Assembly (NCBI GenBank): GCA_963837955.1
Contig: CAWIPH010000002.1
Location: forward strand, 4,928,001-4,992,000
Length of the DNA stretch: 64,000 bases
Direction of reading: 5' to 3'
From: an uncultured Verrucomicrobiae bacterium
GTDB taxonomy: Bacteria; Verrucomicrobiota; Verrucomicrobiia; Chthoniobacterales; JAFAMB01
Every line of letters starts with the position of its first letter. The stretch's first letter is position 1. The notes beneath the pieces are model-generated. The model ran no database searches and had not been told where the DNA came from. It worked only from the letters and a program-made list of their open reading frames with translations. The translations under genes and the position numbers were made by a program. Below, in pieces: positions 61,620 to 64,000 of this stretch.

Positions 61620-63217
61620 AACGTCGCCTCCAGTTTCAGAAATTCAGGTTGGATAGCACCTCCCGGCGAAGCGTATTCAAGAATCGTCTCCTGAGAAAAT
61701 TCAGAGCGATCGAGTAGTGCGGTTGGACGTCCTTCACGCAACACAAGAATGCGGTCGCTCAGCAACATCAGCTCTGGAAGCTCCGACGATACCAGAACAA
61801 TGGCCAGCCCTTGGTCGGCCAGCTCTCCGATTAACCTATAAATTTCTGCTTTCGCGCCGACATCGATCCCGCGGGTGGGCTCGTCGAGCAAGAACACCCT
61901 TGGCTTGGTAACTAAGCATTTCCCTACCACAACCTTTTGCTGATTACCGCCGCTCAGCGAACCCGTCACCTGTTCCGGATCGCGAGCGTGAATGTTGAGC
62001 TGGTCGATCATTGACTGAGCCAATGCCTTCTCTCTCCCCACCAAGACAATACCCATGTGAGTAAGCGTCCTCATGACCGGCAGCCCAATATTTCGATCAA
62101 TTCCAGCGCCCAAAATTAATCCGTCACGCTTCCGGTCTTCCGTGACTAAAGCTATTCCGCGCGCCTTCGCTTGCACTGGACCGAGGATCTGCACCGGTTT
62201 GCCCTCTATCCATATGTCGCCATCAGAAGTGCCTGGATGGAGCCCATACAAGACCTGCAAAATTTCGGTCCTTCCCGCTCCGAGCAGTCCGCCCAGCCCG
62301 AACACCTCGCCGGCCCCGACAGAAAAATTGATGTCTTGGACCAACATCGGCCGCGTGGGTGTCGGAGAGGGATGCTCTAACGAAAGGTTCCGAACCTCCA
62401 ACATCGGCTTCGCCGCCCTGGTAGCATTCTTGTCCTCTGCTAACATCTCCTGAATTTCGCGGCCGACCATCATCCGAATGAGGTCCCGCCTGGTCGCTTC
62501 CTTTCCGGGAATCGTGCCAATGTGTCGTCCGTCGCGCAAAACCGTCACGGTATGAGCAAGGGCAAAGACCTCCTCCATGCGATGGGAGATATAGACAATC
62601 GCGACTCCCTCCGCAGCCAGCCGGCGAATCACTTGGAAGAGGCGCTCCGTCTCATTGATCGAGAGGGCAGAGGTGGCTTCGTCCATGATCAGGATTCGCG
62701 CTTTGGCCACCAGCGCCTTTGCTATTTCGATCAGTTGCTGTTCGCCAACCCGAAGCTGTGATACCGGAACCTGCATGGTTCCCTGAAAGTCGAGGGTTTT
62801 CAGGACGTCACGAGCGGCCTGGATTTGGCTCTTTCGATCGACGAAAAAAAGCGATTGCAGCTTCTCCTGACCGAGAAAGATGTTTTCGTCTACTTGCAGC
62901 TCTGGAACAAGGCTCAGCTCCTGGTGAATCATCGCTATCCCAGCGCGGGTTGCGTCGCGCGGAGAAGTCAGGTGGATCGGTTGATCGTCCACGAAGATCT
63001 TACCTTCGAAATCTTCGATCAGCCCGGCCGCTATTTTCATCAAAGTCGATTTACCAGCGCCGTTCTCACCCATGAGGGCATGAATCTCTCCGGGTCTCAA
63101 TTCGAAGTCGACATCGCGGAGAACCTGCGTCGGTCCAAACGACTTCGAAATTTGCCGCATCTCCAGCGCTAGAGGCCGGGGCGGCTGGCCAGAGGAATCA
63201 GGCAACGACATAGGCAA
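61616..63217 (-). CDS. Sugar ABC ATP-binding protein
   Basis: [25 protein letters not shown]. Confidence 0.95.
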   Translation of the reverse strand: MPMSLPDSSGQPPRPLALEMRQISKSFGPTQVLRDVDFELRPGEIHALMGENGAGKSTLMKIAAGLIEDFEGKIFVDDQPIHLTSPRDATRAGIAMIHQELSLVPELQVDENIFLGQEKLQSLFFVDRKSQIQAARDVLKTLDFQGTMQVPVSQLRVGEQQLIEIAKALVAKARILIMDEATSALSINETERLFQVIRRLAAEGVAIVYISHRMEEVFALAHTVTVLRDGRHIGTIPGKEATRRDLIRMMVGREIQEMLAEDKNATRAAKPMLEVRNLSLEHPSPTPTRPMLVQDINFSVGAGEVFGLGGLLGAGRTEILQVLYGLHPGTSDGDIWIEGKPVQILGPVQAKARGIALVTEDRKRDGLILGAGIDRNIGLPVMRTLTHMGIVLVGREKALAQSMIDQLNIHARDPEQVTGSLSGGNQQKVVVGKCLVTKPRVFLLDEPTRGIDVGAKAEIYRLIGELADQGLAIVLVSSELPELMLLSDRILVLREGRPTALLDRSEFSQETILEYASPGGAIQPEFLKLEATL

Positions 63218-63327
63218 TATGGGAAGGATAATTGCCAGAGGACGAGTGGAATGTAGTTAAGAGAGACACAAGGACTGGGGGGCGGTCTGGAGACCGGTTT
63301 TTTGATTGATACGCGCCGATCGGGACG

Positions 63328-63343
63328 ATGTAAAGCTTTACAT
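63328..63343. promoter_or_regulatory. Putative LacI-family operator
   Basis: Perfect 16-bp palindrome ATGTAAAGCTTTACAT between divergent ABC operon and LacI gene. Confidence 0.7.
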
Positions 63344-63485
63344 TCAATTTTAACTTTCCCATTCTCCGACTAGGCTAGAGCGCTGTTTCAAATAGGGCTG
63401 GAGCGACCTGCGCAAAGATTTCTTTAGCTCTATCTGATACAGTGCATTACCAAACCGGAAACAGCGAATCGCCGCCACGGCTACA

Positions 63486-64000
63486 ATGACTCTTTTCGAG
63501 CTCGCCCGCGAATTAAACATCAGCATCGCCACGGTCTCCCGGGCATTGAACCGACCCGATGATGTGGCACCAGCCACTCGAGAACGAGTGCTTGCCGCTG
63601 TCCACCGCAATGGCCATTACCAGCCGGGCCGCCCTCGTTCTCTCCGCGCCCAACAGACGCGTACCATCGGCGTGGTGATTTCCGATATCCGTAACTATTT
63701 CTTCGCTGCGTTTGTTAAAAGTATCGAAGATCAGGCCAGAGCGAACGGCTATACGATTCTGATTTGTAATGCGGACGAAGACAAAGAAAAGGAAGAGGCC
63801 GCACTGCGCATGCTGCTGGATCGCAAAGTGGCCGGAGTGATTAACTGTTCTACTGGGGGCAACCTGGCGATGCTTGAGCTGGTCCGCAGGAGCGGCGCTA
63901 TCTTGGTCGACTTTGATCGCGAATCAGGTCTCGATCACACCGATACCGTAACGATCAATAGTCAAAAGGGAGCAGAACTTGCCGTGGAGCATTTGAGCGC
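63486..64000 (+). CDS. LacI family regulator (partial, runs off window)
   Basis: MTLFELARELNISIATVSRALN...TRERVL...RTIGVVISDIRNYFF. Confidence 0.9.
   Translation, partial: MTLFELARELNISIATVSRALNRPDDVAPATRERVLAAVHRNGHYQPGRPRSLRAQQTRTIGVVISDIRNYFFAAFVKSIEDQARANGYTILICNADEDKEKEEAALRMLLDRKVAGVINCSTGGNLAMLELVRRSGAILVDFDRESGLDHTDTVTINSQKGAELAVEHLS

Noticed and set aside
1..64000. CRISPR array, integron attC array, prophage, defence system
   Set aside because: No regularly spaced repeats, cas, intI, phage or reverse-transcriptase genes seen; the repeated elements lie 5' of genes and lack attC ends

Overview
Bacterial chromosomal window, most likely from a Verrucomicrobium of the Spartobacteria/Chthoniobacterales type. 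This is inferred from the rpoZ-smpB pair, an LpxL-WaaF fusion and the repeat and secreted-protein style. Bases 1-15.4 kb are core genome: TPR protein, ADP-ribosylglycohydrolase, DEAD-box helicase, LMW phosphatase-purC-ppk2-tgt, rpoZ-smpB, DUF1326, xerD/LpxL-WaaF fusion/MMPL transporter and tRNA-Gly(TCC). After the tRNA lies an accessory mosaic. It holds four sugar/polyol ABC importers (one is ChvE-MmsAB, one has a threitol-dehydrogenase-like SDR) with SorC and LacI regulators. It also holds many small-molecule redox/detox enzymes (OYE, GMC, SDRs, AKR, Rieske oxygenase, GT1 glycosyltransferase, RidA, NTF2-like proteins) mixed with gene relics. The most unusual signal is non-coding. Two families of conserved 5' leader cassettes are reused in front of unrelated enzymes, and in four of the five copies the homology runs through the start codon and the first 3-4 codons. 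One family can fold to occlude its own Shine-Dalgarno sequence, and one copy is fused to a 29-bp inverted repeat. No CRISPR array, rRNA, intact transposase or phage genes were seen. Family assignments come from motif recognition, not database searches.
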